Source of the DNA: Kiloniellales bacterium
Lineage (GTDB): Bacteria; Pseudomonadota; Alphaproteobacteria; Kiloniellales; JAKSDN01
NCBI GenBank assembly: GCA_033720555.1
Contig: JAWWCG010000001.1
Span: forward strand, 3,357-67,356
DNA: 64,000 nt
Direction of reading: 5' to 3'
Shown piece after piece: positions 23,729-32,165 of the stretch. The notes under the pieces are model-generated. The model did no database searches. It was not told where the DNA came from and saw nothing but the letters and a program-made list of their open reading frames with translations. Numbering within the stretch: the first letter of the stretch is position 1; the number at the start of each line of letters is the position of its first letter. Both the position numbers and the translations under genes were made by a program.

Positions 23729-26469
23729 GCAGTTGTATTGTCGGTGATGAGGTTGAGGCTTCCTGCTGCCAGGGCCGTCAGCAGGCTGGTGAGGGCGGCG
23801 TTGCCGCCGCGTGAGCCCGTAACGGACGGCTGGGCAACAGGAGCGCCGCCGAAGAATGCAATTCCGGTGTCGTTTGTCTCAAAGAGTGTGCCGAGATCTT
23901 GGGCGTCGCGGACAATGAATGAGCCAGGCGTGCCGCCGCCGTCTTCGTCGCCAGGAATGATGATGACGTCTCCGCCGTCGTCAGGGCCCCCGCCTCCAGC
24001 GTCGCCAGCAAGGATGCGAATGTCGGCGCCGGCGCCGGCGGGGTTGTTTGTTCCCTCCACGGTGCCAACGCTGAGGATGTCTCCAGTCTGCATGTCGAGG
24101 TTTGCGCCGACGGACATCGTGAGGCCGTTGACGAACGACATCCCGTTGCCTTGGAGGTTGAGCGTCGTCTGGCCGAAGGCGTACTCAAGCGCGCCATTGA
24201 TGCGCATTTCGACCTGCCCTGTCGGAGTGGTTGCGGTGACGTTGTTGACGAGGGTGGAGTCAAAGTTTGCGCTAGCCGCGCCGGTCCAGTAGGTCGCACG
24301 CAACGCAAGCTGCGGCGAGTCGCGGAGCTGCGAGCCAGCATCCGCGTCGATAGCAGTGAGGACCTGGTCGGCGGTAAAGAAATTTTGGATAGCCCAGCGC
24401 GCGATGGGGGTGTAGGCGCCTCCGTTTTCACTGACCTGAAAATTCTGGTCTGTGGCATTGAAGACAAGGCGCCCAGTGTTGGCCGGGGCAGCGCCAAAGG
24501 CAGAGCCGTCGAGAAACGCCTCGCCGCGGACGTTGAGGAGGTCGCCACCTTGAAGGTCGACGTCGCCGCCGGCCTGCATGGTGATCGTCGCTGGATTTAG
24601 GACGTCACCCCCTTGGAGATCGATGTCGCCGCCAGCCTGCATTTGAATGAGGCTGGCGTTGAGCATTGCATGAGTCTGCAAGTCGAGAGAGAGCGGCGAG
24701 CTGGCGTTCGGGCCATTGATGAGCATGGCCACTGATTCGCCAAACTGCGGCCCAATCAGAAAACGGAGATCATGCTGCGGTGTGGCGCCGGAGGCGGTGA
24801 CGACATGGGTGAGGACGGCGCCAAGGTCCTCGTTGGCAGCGCCATCCCAGGAGGAGCCGATTAGTGAAAATCGCGGGGAGTTTCGTTCGGTCGTCACGCC
24901 GTCAGTGACCAGAGGGCTGAGGCGAACGGCGCCGTCGTTGAACAGCGAATAGCGAGAGCGCGCATAGTCGTTTTCGACCAAGCGCATTTGCTCCTGTCCG
25001 TCTGGTGGCGGGCCACCGAGCGCGTTGGAGAGCTTTTGTATGGTAATGGCATTGCCGACCTGTTCCTGGGCAAGCATGCAGCCGGCAAAGTTGGGGACCG
25101 TCGTGCTTTCCCAGAGGCCGATGAAGTGGACGGAGTTGGGGAGGCTCAGCGGCACATTCATTGTGTCTCGTTGAATGGTGCCGATAAAGCCGCGGGTAGA
25201 GTCGACGAACGTGGCCGCCTCATAGCCGACGGCGCCAAAGCCAAAGAGGATGGTGTCCCAGGCGTCGCCATGGCCAAAGTGAATGACTTTGCATCCGCCG
25301 CCGGCGGTGGCATCGGCCTGGTTGTCGGTAATTTCTAGGTATAGCGCCCATGGCTGAAGGCCGCCGGGTCCTGGATTGGGGTCGACCTTGCAGTACCATG
25401 CAGCGCTTTCGAATTGTCGAAATGTGTTGGCCGGCGGTGGGTGCGCGTTTTGCGCGATACGCACTGGAATGGTCTGCGGGTTGGGGCCGCCCGTGTTCTC
25501 CAGATTGACGATCTCGTAATCCCCAATTTCTAGGACCGTGAAGGGTGTGGGTCCTCCTTGGGCGAGCGGGCCATTGGTCGTGAAGGCAATGCCGCCCATC
25601 GCGATGTTCGGATCGCCTGCTCGCCCGGACTGAGGGCGGAGCTGGATATCCATCGAAATGTTCTGAGAGGTAGACCCATCCCAGGCGGAGCCTAGCGTGA
25701 AGTAGGATCCGGCGCGTTGCTCCGTGGCAACAGCATCCGACGCCGTGTTGTTGACGATCTGGAGCGCCGGCGTTGTTCCGAGTTGAAAGTTGTTGGTCTG
25801 AAGATCGACCGGCCCCGCATCGACAAAGATGAAGCGCCCTACGTTGTAGGCGTCATCAAGGCTGCCTCCGCCTCCTCCTCCTCCGGAAACCTCGGCCGAG
25901 GCAATGCTGACATCAGGCGTCCCTCCGAGGCCCGTTCGAACTACACGCGCGAAGCGAGCCGGCGCCACCTCCGTCGAGCACCCCCCCGGGTCGGCAAACG
26001 AAGGCGACGCCGTCTCAAAATTGGCATTATCCTGGCTAATCTCGACTGCAATGGTTCCCGTGTATCGGGTCGCATTGTTTGCAACAAGGACCGTAAACTC
26101 GCTGGAAATGGGCTCGACGTTTACGGACGCACCGACGCCAGGGCCCGCTGGTACGGGCAAGCTCGCAGTCGACACAGATGCTGCCTCTCCCTGGACAGAG
26201 ATTGCATCGACTGCGCCGCTGCGAAGGTTGGCCACGCGCACGCGCATGTCCGTGCAGGCGACGGGAAGTACCTGGACGCCAGGGCGAGTAAAGCTGGCCG
26301 CCTGGCACCATGGGCCACCGTTGTTGGAGATCTCAATTGTCACGGTGCCACCAACAAACTCGGCAGCACTGAAAACAAACGATTTGACGATGCCAAGCGC
26401 AGCAACGGAGGCCGCGGAGCCGACTCCGTTGCCTGCTGGCAGCGGTAGGTTTACGCCCGTGGTGGCCAT
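23725..26469 (-). CDS. Large fibre/tailspike paralog 5 (914 aa)
   Basis: Duplicated N-terminal module. The C-terminal ...TGIAFFGGAPVAQPSVTG...LTSLLTALAAGSLNLI resembles the common phage fibre C-terminal block (FFGa.PvaqP). Confidence 0.8.
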   Translation of the reverse strand: MATTGVNLPLPAGNGVGSAASVAALGIVKSFVFSAAEFVGGTVTIEISNNGGPWCQAASFTRPGVQVLPVACTDMRVRVANLRSGAVDAISVQGEAASVSTASLPVPAGPGVGASVNVEPISSEFTVLVANNATRYTGTIAVEISQDNANFETASPSFADPGGCSTEVAPARFARVVRTGLGGTPDVSIASAEVSGGGGGGGSLDDAYNVGRFIFVDAGPVDLQTNNFQLGTTPALQIVNNTASDAVATEQRAGSYFTLGSAWDGSTSQNISMDIQLRPQSGRAGDPNIAMGGIAFTTNGPLAQGGPTPFTVLEIGDYEIVNLENTGGPNPQTIPVRIAQNAHPPPANTFRQFESAAWYCKVDPNPGPGGLQPWALYLEITDNQADATAGGGCKVIHFGHGDAWDTILFGFGAVGYEAATFVDSTRGFIGTIQRDTMNVPLSLPNSVHFIGLWESTTVPNFAGCMLAQEQVGNAITIQKLSNALGGPPPDGQEQMRLVENDYARSRYSLFNDGAVRLSPLVTDGVTTERNSPRFSLIGSSWDGAANEDLGAVLTHVVTASGATPQHDLRFLIGPQFGESVAMLINGPNASSPLSLDLQTHAMLNASLIQMQAGGDIDLQGGDVLNPATITMQAGGDVDLQGGDLLNVRGEAFLDGSAFGAAPANTGRLVFNATDQNFQVSENGGAYTPIARWAIQNFFTADQVLTAIDADAGSQLRDSPQLALRATYWTGAASANFDSTLVNNVTATTPTGQVEMRINGALEYAFGQTTLNLQGNGMSFVNGLTMSVGANLDMQTGDILSVGTVEGTNNPAGAGADIRILAGDAGGGGPDDGGDVIIIPGDEDGGGTPGSFIVRDAQDLGTLFETNDTGIAFFGGAPVAQPSVTGSRGGNAALTSLLTALAAGSLNLITDNTTA

Positions 26470-26472
26470 GGC

Positions 26473-28446
26473 TTAGCTCGTCCGAGTGGTGATCATTGAG
26501 AAGTCGCCGATGGGAGCTGTCGACGTTCCGTCAAGGCCGCGCGTCAGGTTTCCGTTGTAGCCCGCAACCTCTTCGAACTCGCCGGCGCCGGTGCCGTAGC
26601 TGACGGCGCCACCACCGGACACCTCCAAATCACCGCTCAGGCCCGTAATGGTGCAGCGCTGACCGCCATTGACGCGCGCCAGGCCGCCGAATCGACATGC
26701 AAGGCCAACGTCTTCGTTGTCCTTGCCCGTGACGGCGGGAATACCGCCCCCGCTATCCATGCGAAGGCGACTGCCGTAGCCGTGGACAAGTATTCCTGGG
26801 CCGGAGGCCGTTCCATAGACAGAAACCGTCTGCGCCGCTTGAAGAACGCCGCTAAAGCCAGGAGTAGCGGCGTTTTGACCGGTCCCAATCTCAAACGGAG
26901 CCCCAACCACTAGGATGCACGTTCCGTCATCCGTCCCCGTGTTAATGGGGCTGGAACCGCTGTCGAGGCGTGCGGCCGGCGTTGCTTGAGATGTGCATCC
27001 ATGAATGGCACCAAACTCGCTGATTGTGTTGACGTAGTTGGCGGCCCCACCATTGATGTTTAGGCCGGAAAGAAATGTGCCTCGGCCCATTCGGCAACGG
27101 TCGAACGTGAGGAACGTGTCCGCACACCAGATGTTGGAAAATTCGAGGCGTTCAAAGTTGGCGCCGTCCGTTTCGCTGGAGCCTAGGGCGCCCGCGTTGG
27201 CCGTCCCCGCACCGCCAGAGATGTTGACCAGCCCCGCGTTGGCGCCGCTCGCCGAAATTCGAACCGCCGGGTTGACGATCTCGACCGTGTCTCCGGCAAG
27301 AAAATTTGTTGCCGTGGAAATGTCGATGACCAAAGATCCCGAATCATTGTCGGTGATAGGGCACTCGAAGATGACAAGATTTCCTCCGCGAGTGACCCGA
27401 ACGAAGCGGCCGCGGAGGTCATCGTCGGTCCAGCTGGCCGACGCAGACATGTTGAGGCGCGTCCGCTGTCCAGCGCCGTCGGGCGCTTCAGTCTGGTCAA
27501 CGCGCTCGGCAGGCGTGGTCCCGTCAAGAGTTGCCGTGTTCGAGCCCGTGGCGAGCGTCGTGTCCAAGAGCATCGCCGGCCCGCGCCATTGGGTCGCATT
27601 TTGCGCGACTCGCATCCCTGGCGTCAGATGGATGCCATCGACCGTATAGTTGTCGACGACGCCCGAGCTGTTCAAGAAGTTGACAATGATCGTTGATTGC
27701 TCATAGAGCTGATACGCCGTGCGTCGCTGCACCTCCTGGATCGTTTCCAGAGGGGCGCCAGGATCCGTGCCAATGTTGGCATCGTTGCCGACGTTCTGGT
27801 CGACATAGTAGTTGATGGTGGTGCCGTCATCGCGAGACGTAAGGCCGGCGGTGTCGCCGGCGCCCCCGCCCTGCCCTGCGGGCTCTGCCGACACCCAGAC
27901 GTCCTCGACGCCGCCGTCGCCCGTGCGCACCGCGCGCATAAAGACGCTGGGGGCCACGACCGTCTGGCATCCTCCAGGGGACGCCTTGGAAAGGCCAATC
28001 TGGCTGTAATTGGTGCCGTCTTGGCTAGTTTCGACGTGGATCGTGCCCGTGTAGGTGGCGGCGCTATGGATGTAAATACTGGTGACGTCGCCAAGGGCGC
28101 TCACGTCAACAGAGGCGCCGGCGCCGGGCGTCGATGGGATGGGAAGCTCGACGGCCACAACATCGGTGGCGGTGGCTTGCACATCAACCGCCGTGACCGT
28201 TCCGATGGTGTTGCCTTGAACCGTGACGCGCATTTCGGTCGCGGCAAAGGCGATGCGCCGTTGGCCGGCGCGCTGGAAAAAGGCGACCTGGCAGAACGAG
28301 CCGCCGGCCGATGCCTCGACGATAACGTTGCCGTTGAAGTCGCCGGTGACGACGATGGTCTTGATGGTGCCGAGGTTGGACGTCGAGGACGCGGCCCCGG
28401 TTCCATTTCCCGGCGGGATGGTGAGTGATACTCCCGCAGTTGCCAT
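26473..28446 (-). CDS. Tailspike paralog 4 with beta-helix (pectate-lyase-like) body
   Basis: Duplicated N-terminal module. YYVDQNVGNDANIGTDPGAPLETIQE, then repetitive G/N/T-rich turns (VNISGGAGTANAG..., LNINGGAANYVNT...) typical of right-handed beta-helices. Confidence 0.75.
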   Translation of the reverse strand: MATAGVSLTIPPGNGTGAASSTSNLGTIKTIVVTGDFNGNVIVEASAGGSFCQVAFFQRAGQRRIAFAATEMRVTVQGNTIGTVTAVDVQATATDVVAVELPIPSTPGAGASVDVSALGDVTSIYIHSAATYTGTIHVETSQDGTNYSQIGLSKASPGGCQTVVAPSVFMRAVRTGDGGVEDVWVSAEPAGQGGGAGDTAGLTSRDDGTTINYYVDQNVGNDANIGTDPGAPLETIQEVQRRTAYQLYEQSTIIVNFLNSSGVVDNYTVDGIHLTPGMRVAQNATQWRGPAMLLDTTLATGSNTATLDGTTPAERVDQTEAPDGAGQRTRLNMSASASWTDDDLRGRFVRVTRGGNLVIFECPITDNDSGSLVIDISTATNFLAGDTVEIVNPAVRISASGANAGLVNISGGAGTANAGALGSSETDGANFERLEFSNIWCADTFLTFDRCRMGRGTFLSGLNINGGAANYVNTISEFGAIHGCTSQATPAARLDSGSSPINTGTDDGTCILVVGAPFEIGTGQNAATPGFSGVLQAAQTVSVYGTASGPGILVHGYGSRLRMDSGGGIPAVTGKDNEDVGLACRFGGLARVNGGQRCTITGLSGDLEVSGGGAVSYGTGAGEFEEVAGYNGNLTRGLDGTSTAPIGDFSMITTRTS

Positions 28447-28493
28447 GCTCCTAGACTACTGATTTTGGGAGCTTCGCGCGAGAAGGTTGGGAG

Positions 28494-28590
28494 GCGACGC
28501 CGCCCTTCTCGGGCGGCGTCGCAGTGGTGGACAAAGGGACAGGGATCAGGAGCTTGGATTCCGCTGCCCCTGGGGTACGCCAGGGGCAGC
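28494..28590 (-). terminator. Two perfect GC-rich hairpins between the small-gene operon and the fibre operon (no U-tract)
   Basis: GCGACGCCGCCC-ttctc-GGGCGGCGTCGC (28494-28522) and GCTGCCCCTGG-ggtacg-CCAGGGGCAGC (28563-28590), downstream of the 28614 stop. Confidence 0.4.
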
Positions 28591-28613
28591 CGGCGGCGCT
28601 AGTTTTTGGACCG

Positions 28614-28817
28614 CTAGGGCTCTGAGTCGGCGGCAGCCTCGCGGCGCCTCATCGCCTCTCGGCGACGAAGCTCCGCGACCGCCATGTCGGCGAACTCAGC
28701 CGCGGCCGAAACGTTGTCGGCGACGCCCGTACTTGCCAACCGCAAGTTTTGGAGCACAGCGACGTAAACGTTCTGCCAGAAAGCGGATTCTCGGCTTTCG
28801 TCAAGCTGGATCGTCAT
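28614..28817 (-). CDS. hypothetical small protein
   Basis: 67-aa ORF with a 4-nt overlap to the upstream gene. Confidence 0.45.
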   Translation of the reverse strand: MTIQLDESRESAFWQNVYVAVLQNLRLASTGVADNVSAAAEFADMAVAELRRREAMRRREAAADSEP

Positions 28818-29143
28818 CGCTGTATCAGGGCATCCAGCTCAAGCTCAAAGCCGGCAAAAAATCGGTGCATCGCGTTATAAAAGCTCTCGGCCGCCTTGGA
28901 TTCATCGGTGACAGCGTCGCGTAGCTGACGAAGGGCGCTGAAAAGGACTTCCGGAGGCGGATGAGTGCAGCGAAGCGCCAGGAGCAATTGTTCGGCGCCT
29001 TCGCGGGTGCGCTCGGCGGCGCTGAGGCGCCCATAAGCAAGCTGTACCGCGTCGCGAAGATCTCGCGGCAGGTTGGCGAGGCACTCGTTGTAAAGCTCGT
29101 TGTCAGCGAATTCGGAGTGGTTGCTAAGAATGGCGATGCCCAT
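28814..29143 (-). CDS. hypothetical helical protein
   Basis: Internal ATG (29143) of ORF 28814..29212, chosen because it follows the stop of 29160..29372. Confidence 0.45.
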   Translation of the reverse strand: MGIAILSNHSEFADNELYNECLANLPRDLRDAVQLAYGRLSAAERTREGAEQLLLALRCTHPPPEVLFSALRQLRDAVTDESKAAESFYNAMHRFFAGFELELDALIQR

Positions 29144-29159
29144 CGGTTCCCTTTTGTGA

Positions 29160-29372
29160 TCAGTAGGTTGACGGCCGGCCGTGTCCACGGCGAGTCCGTC
29201 GCCATCGAACATACGACACGGCGGTCCAGCACACCAGGGCGGTGAGCGTCGCGACGTTTATCTGGGCCGGCGGGGCGGTCTCCATCGCGACCGCGTAGGT
29301 GCAGGCGGCGGCGAGCCAGCGTAGCGGAGGAGGAATGCGGGGCCTCGGGGGGTCGGTGAGGCGTTCGAGCAT
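29160..29372 (-). CDS. possible small membrane protein
   Basis: 70-aa ORF with hydrophobic stretches LRWLAAACTYAVAM and VATLTALVCWTAVSYV. Confidence 0.4.
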   Translation of the reverse strand: MLERLTDPPRPRIPPPLRWLAAACTYAVAMETAPPAQINVATLTALVCWTAVSYVRWRRTRRGHGRPSTY

Positions 29373-29508
29373 CCTCCTAGCCTAGAAGAATGGGGCGCGG
29401 GTCACCAGCGTTTGACGTTTGCGATGTCGTTGTTGGCACTCTGCGCGGGGCCCCCTCCAGGGAAAGAACGGAAAAGCAAAAGGGACCCCTGATGACCCGC
29501 GCCCCGAA

Positions 29509-29727
29509 CTAGAATAGCGGCATTTGGCGGTCGTCGGGGGCCGCAAAACGAGCCTGGGATTCCCATTTGCGCCACATCGCGCCGGTCAAGCGTTGCCACT
29601 CGGCATGGAGGCGGAGTACTCGCAGTGCATCGCCCTTTTCTGCGGCGATGATGGCCCCCTCTTCTAGCTCAGAAAGGCGCATGCGCAGCGTGGCGAGTTG
29701 CTGCGGGTGTCGTTCGGGTCGGCGCAT
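29509..29727 (-). CDS. hypothetical small helical protein
   Basis: 72-aa ORF. No motif recognised. Confidence 0.4.
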   Translation of the reverse strand: MRRPERHPQQLATLRMRLSELEEGAIIAAEKGDALRVLRLHAEWQRLTGAMWRKWESQARFAAPDDRQMPLF

Positions 29728-29755
29728 TGATGAACTCCAAGGAAGTCAAGGGATG

Positions 29756-30043
29756 TCAGTGGCCCGCAGCCTCTGAATGGCAGAGGCCATCGGCGAACGC
29801 GTGCTTGCCATTGGCGAGCGCGTCGCAAATGTCAGCCAAGCGTTTGCGGCTGTCGCGTACGACTACTTGGTCAAAAGAGTTTTCGTGAAGCTCGCGCTGA
29901 AGTGAAATTTCAGCCGCGCGCTTTGCGCGAATGGCAGCGTCACGGTCGGCGCTGGCGTCGTAGTAGCCGTGTCCAAGCACGGCTACTGCGACGGCGAGGA
30001 CAACGGTGAGGATGGGGCTGAATCGCGGTTCACGGTAGTCCAC
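29756..30043 (-). CDS. N-terminally anchored coiled-coil protein (i-spanin-like architecture)
   Basis: GTG 30043, 2 nt after the upstream stop. TM helix ILTVVLAVAVAVLGHGYY followed by helical DRDAAIRAKRAAEISLQRELHE. Confidence 0.4.
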   Translation of the reverse strand: MDYREPRFSPILTVVLAVAVAVLGHGYYDASADRDAAIRAKRAAEISLQRELHENSFDQVVVRDSRKRLADICDALANGKHAFADGLCHSEAAGH

Positions 30044-30045
30044 GG

Positions 30046-30363
30046 CTAGCTCCGATCGGGGTTGCCGCCCGGGCACACGAGGGGATCAGCGCGCGCGCAC
30101 GAGAGCGCAAGCGTCTCGAAGACGTGCTCGCTCACGACAGCGGGCGGCTCATACGGCAGGCGCTCAGCCGCCTTGTGAGGCCCTGCGTGGTTGGCTGAAA
30201 GCACGCAGCGACGGTGGCGTTTTCCAGCAACAAGAAACGTGCAGCGGTTCTCATTCAAAGGAGTAAGCCTTTCTCTCGTACCGCTCGATAAGCGTCGCAA
30301 GAAACTCAAGGCGGGCGGCGTCGCGAGTGCCGCGCGGTGGATCCAGCGCGACAAGGCGCTCAA
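30046..30363 (-). CDS. uncertain ORF (only the 3' part may be coding)
   Basis: 105-aa ORF. Its 5' third overlaps the better-looking 53-aa ORF 30251..30412 in another frame. Confidence 0.25.
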   Translation of the reverse strand: MSALSRWIHRAALATPPALSFLRRLSSGTRERLTPLNENRCTFLVAGKRHRRCVLSANHAGPHKAAERLPYEPPAVVSEHVFETLALSCARADPLVCPGGNPDRS

Positions 30364-30412
30364 TTTCGGAAAGCGCCTTCTCGTAATCGTCGTCCGAGTT
30401 GATTGACCGCAT
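30251..30412 (-). CDS. 53-aa protein resembling the N-terminal helical region of HigA/COG5499-type antitoxin-regulators (no HTH)
   Basis: MRSINSDDDYEKALSEIERLVALDPPRGTRDAARLEFLATLIERYERKAYSFE. ATG 2 nt after the upstream stop. Below the ORF-track cut-off. Confidence 0.35.
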   Translation of the reverse strand: MRSINSDDDYEKALSEIERLVALDPPRGTRDAARLEFLATLIERYERKAYSFE

Positions 30413-30414
30413 AT

Positions 30415-30807
30415 TCAGTCTCCAATCGGGATCACGTCCATGACGTCTTGGAGCGCGGGGTCGATTGTTGCCGCCTTTTTGTCTTTTGCGTTCAGCTTCA
30501 AACGCTCGGTCATGTTTCGAACCTCGCGCTTTTTGAGCGGCCGGTCATAGGGGCGCCATTGGCCGCGCCAGAACCACATCTTCGGCGCCGGTGACGGGAC
30601 GGAGGGCTTTCCGCGATTCCACGCCGCGCACTGGCGACACGAGCGCGACGTGCCCCGCGTGAGCGCGTCTGCGCGCACGAGGAAAAGGCCATTGCATCGC
30701 CCACACGCGCATTCCCAGAAGCTACGGAGGCCGCTCGCGAGCGGGCGTCTTAGGGTCCATTCGCCGATGATTGCGCCGGGTTCGAGTAAAGGCGGATCGG
30801 TAACCAT
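30415..30807 (-). CDS. zinc-ribbon protein
   Basis: Internal ATG (30807) of ORF 30415..31446. FWECACGRCNG...SCRQCA. First gene downstream of the promoter at 30817-30845. Confidence 0.5.
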   Translation of the reverse strand: MVTDPPLLEPGAIIGEWTLRRPLASGLRSFWECACGRCNGLFLVRADALTRGTSRSCRQCAAWNRGKPSVPSPAPKMWFWRGQWRPYDRPLKKREVRNMTERLKLNAKDKKAATIDPALQDVMDVIPIGD

Positions 30808-30816
30808 AGCGGAATC

Positions 30817-30845
30817 GTTATATAAAAGAAAAGTGGGATATTCAA
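30817..30845 (-). promoter_or_regulatory. sigma70-type promoter in an AT-rich patch, near-leaderless
   Basis: Minus strand: TTGAAT (30845-30840), 17-nt spacer, TATAAC (30822-17), 9 nt before the ATG at 30807. Confidence 0.5.
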
Positions 30846-30999
30846 TGGCTATTAGACGTCGCGCCGTGCTATAGAGCCCTTGTTCGTGACACGGGCGACC
30901 ATTTAGCGCGATGGCGACCGAGGGCTCCAATGGCAGCGTCTGCGCTTGCTGCCCCCTAGGCTTCTGGGTTGAGACCTTTCTCGTGTCAGGCAACCTGCG

Positions 31000-31039
31000 G
31001 GGGCGCCTCGTACCGGATTCGAGGCGCCCCATTCTTTTT
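31000..31039 (+). terminator. Canonical rho-independent terminator inside a divergent control region
   Basis: GGGGCGCCTCG-taccggatt-CGAGGCGCCCC (11-bp stem), then ATTCTTTTT. Lies 36 nt upstream of the 31075 start. Confidence 0.65.
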
Positions 31040-31074
31040 GGAGGGGAGGCCCGGCGCGGGCCAGGAGGGGCAGG

Positions 31075-31428
31075 ATGGCGATCTACATTATGAATGCCGG
31101 CGCTGGGGCGGGCGCCGATCCCATGCGGCAGCATGCGGACGACAACATCGTGACGTTTGCCGCCGACATGGGGCTTGGAAAGAGCCGCATTCGCATCGAG
31201 CGCGTCGACCCGCGGGACGACGGTCATGGGCGCTACGGCTACGAGATTCGCCTCGACGACCACAAGACCGAGGTCTGGATGCCTGGGCGCCCTATCGAGC
31301 AGGTGCGCTTTCGGCGACACCTGCATGTGCCCAGCGATTTTCCATGCCTTTATGTCGATGGGCTCAGCCGCCTGTGGTGCTACGCGGTCGAGATGGCCCG
31401 CGACCGGCTTCTTGGGGTGGCAGCATGA
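31075..31428 (+). CDS. hypothetical protein
   Basis: 117-aa ORF preceded by GGAGGGGCAGG. First of five coupled plus-strand genes. Confidence 0.5.
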   Translation: MAIYIMNAGAGAGADPMRQHADDNIVTFAADMGLGKSRIRIERVDPRDDGHGRYGYEIRLDDHKTEVWMPGRPIEQVRFRRHLHVPSDFPCLYVDGLSRLWCYAVEMARDRLLGVAA

Positions 31429-31643
31429 AGGAAAGCATCGAGGCACGTTTCAAGGACGGCGCCATTGTGCTTACGTGGCTCGCTGGCGAGAGCCGCGCCT
31501 TGCTGACAGTCCGCGGCAAGGTGCATGATCTTTCCGGTCGAGAGTTGGAGGAGCTTGCCGACGCCCTTTTGGAGGCTGCCGCGGCCATACGCCTCACTCG
31601 TTTGCACGACGAATTTGAGGGCATCGCTGGGCATCGCCCATGA
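31425..31643 (+). CDS. hypothetical small protein
   Basis: ATGA overlap at 31425-31428. 72 aa. Confidence 0.5.
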   Translation: MKESIEARFKDGAIVLTWLAGESRALLTVRGKVHDLSGRELEELADALLEAAAAIRLTRLHDEFEGIAGHRP

Positions 31644-31906
31644 AGGAGGGAACTGACGTCATGCTTATGCGAGAGTCGGCGCGGGCGTATCACGCTCGCC
31701 TTGTTCGAGACTCGGAGCGCGCGGCCTATCTGGGCGTGTTCTACGCCATCCTCAGCGGCGTTTCATGGTTCGTTGCCCTTGCCCATCTGCCGGCAGAGGT
31801 AGCGGGGTTCGTTGGGACCCTCCTGGGGCTCGCGTCGCTTTTTTCGAGCTGGCACTCCAGGAGCCTTTTGCGGCACGCTCGGCGTTTTTCGGAAATGACG
31901 CGATGA
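31640..31906 (+). CDS. small membrane protein (two TM helices)
   Basis: ATGA overlap at 31640. YLGVFYAILSGVSWFVALA and VAGFVGTLLGLASLF. Confidence 0.55.
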   Translation: MKEGTDVMLMRESARAYHARLVRDSERAAYLGVFYAILSGVSWFVALAHLPAEVAGFVGTLLGLASLFSSWHSRSLLRHARRFSEMTR

Positions 31907-32160
31907 AGACGCGGCAAAAAAGCGATGGTGTTAAGCATGGGTTTGTTGCCGGCGTGTCGCGCCTCGCCGGCGGCCTTACTCAGCGAACGCGAATTATGCC
32001 GCTCCGCGAGGCCAGGCGATGCTTCGAGGAGTTCTATATTCGCTATGTCGTTGCCCTCTGCGCTGGCAATCGCCGCGAAGCGGCGCAGCGGCTTGGCATC
32101 GGGTACTCGACGCTCAAGGACAAGGTGAGAGCTGCCCCTCTGGGTTTTTTTCAACGGTGA
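31903..32160 (+). CDS. Fis-family (HTH_8) DNA-binding protein
   Basis: ATGA overlap at 31903. C-terminal ALCAGNRREAAQRLGIGYSTLKDKV matches the Fis/NtrC-type HTH pattern. Confidence 0.65.
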   Translation: MKTRQKSDGVKHGFVAGVSRLAGGLTQRTRIMPLREARRCFEEFYIRYVVALCAGNRREAAQRLGIGYSTLKDKVRAAPLGFFQR

Positions 32161-32165
32161 ATGTC

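Noticed and set aside
19916-28446. A diversity-generating retroelement acting on the fibre genes.
   Set aside because: No reverse-transcriptase-like ORF is visible anywhere in the window, and I saw no template/variable repeat pair.
29756-30043. A complete spanin/holin lysis cassette around the i-spanin-like gene.
   Set aside because: No lipoprotein o-spanin (embedded or adjacent) and no holin-like multi-TM protein were found next to it, and the amidase is 29 kb away. Only the architecture (N-terminal TM plus coiled coil) is reported, at low confidence.
30911-31093. 60-aa ORF spanning the intrinsic terminator at 31000-31039.
   Set aside because: It runs straight through a strong hairpin plus T-run and has no SD. 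It is more likely non-coding leader sequence.
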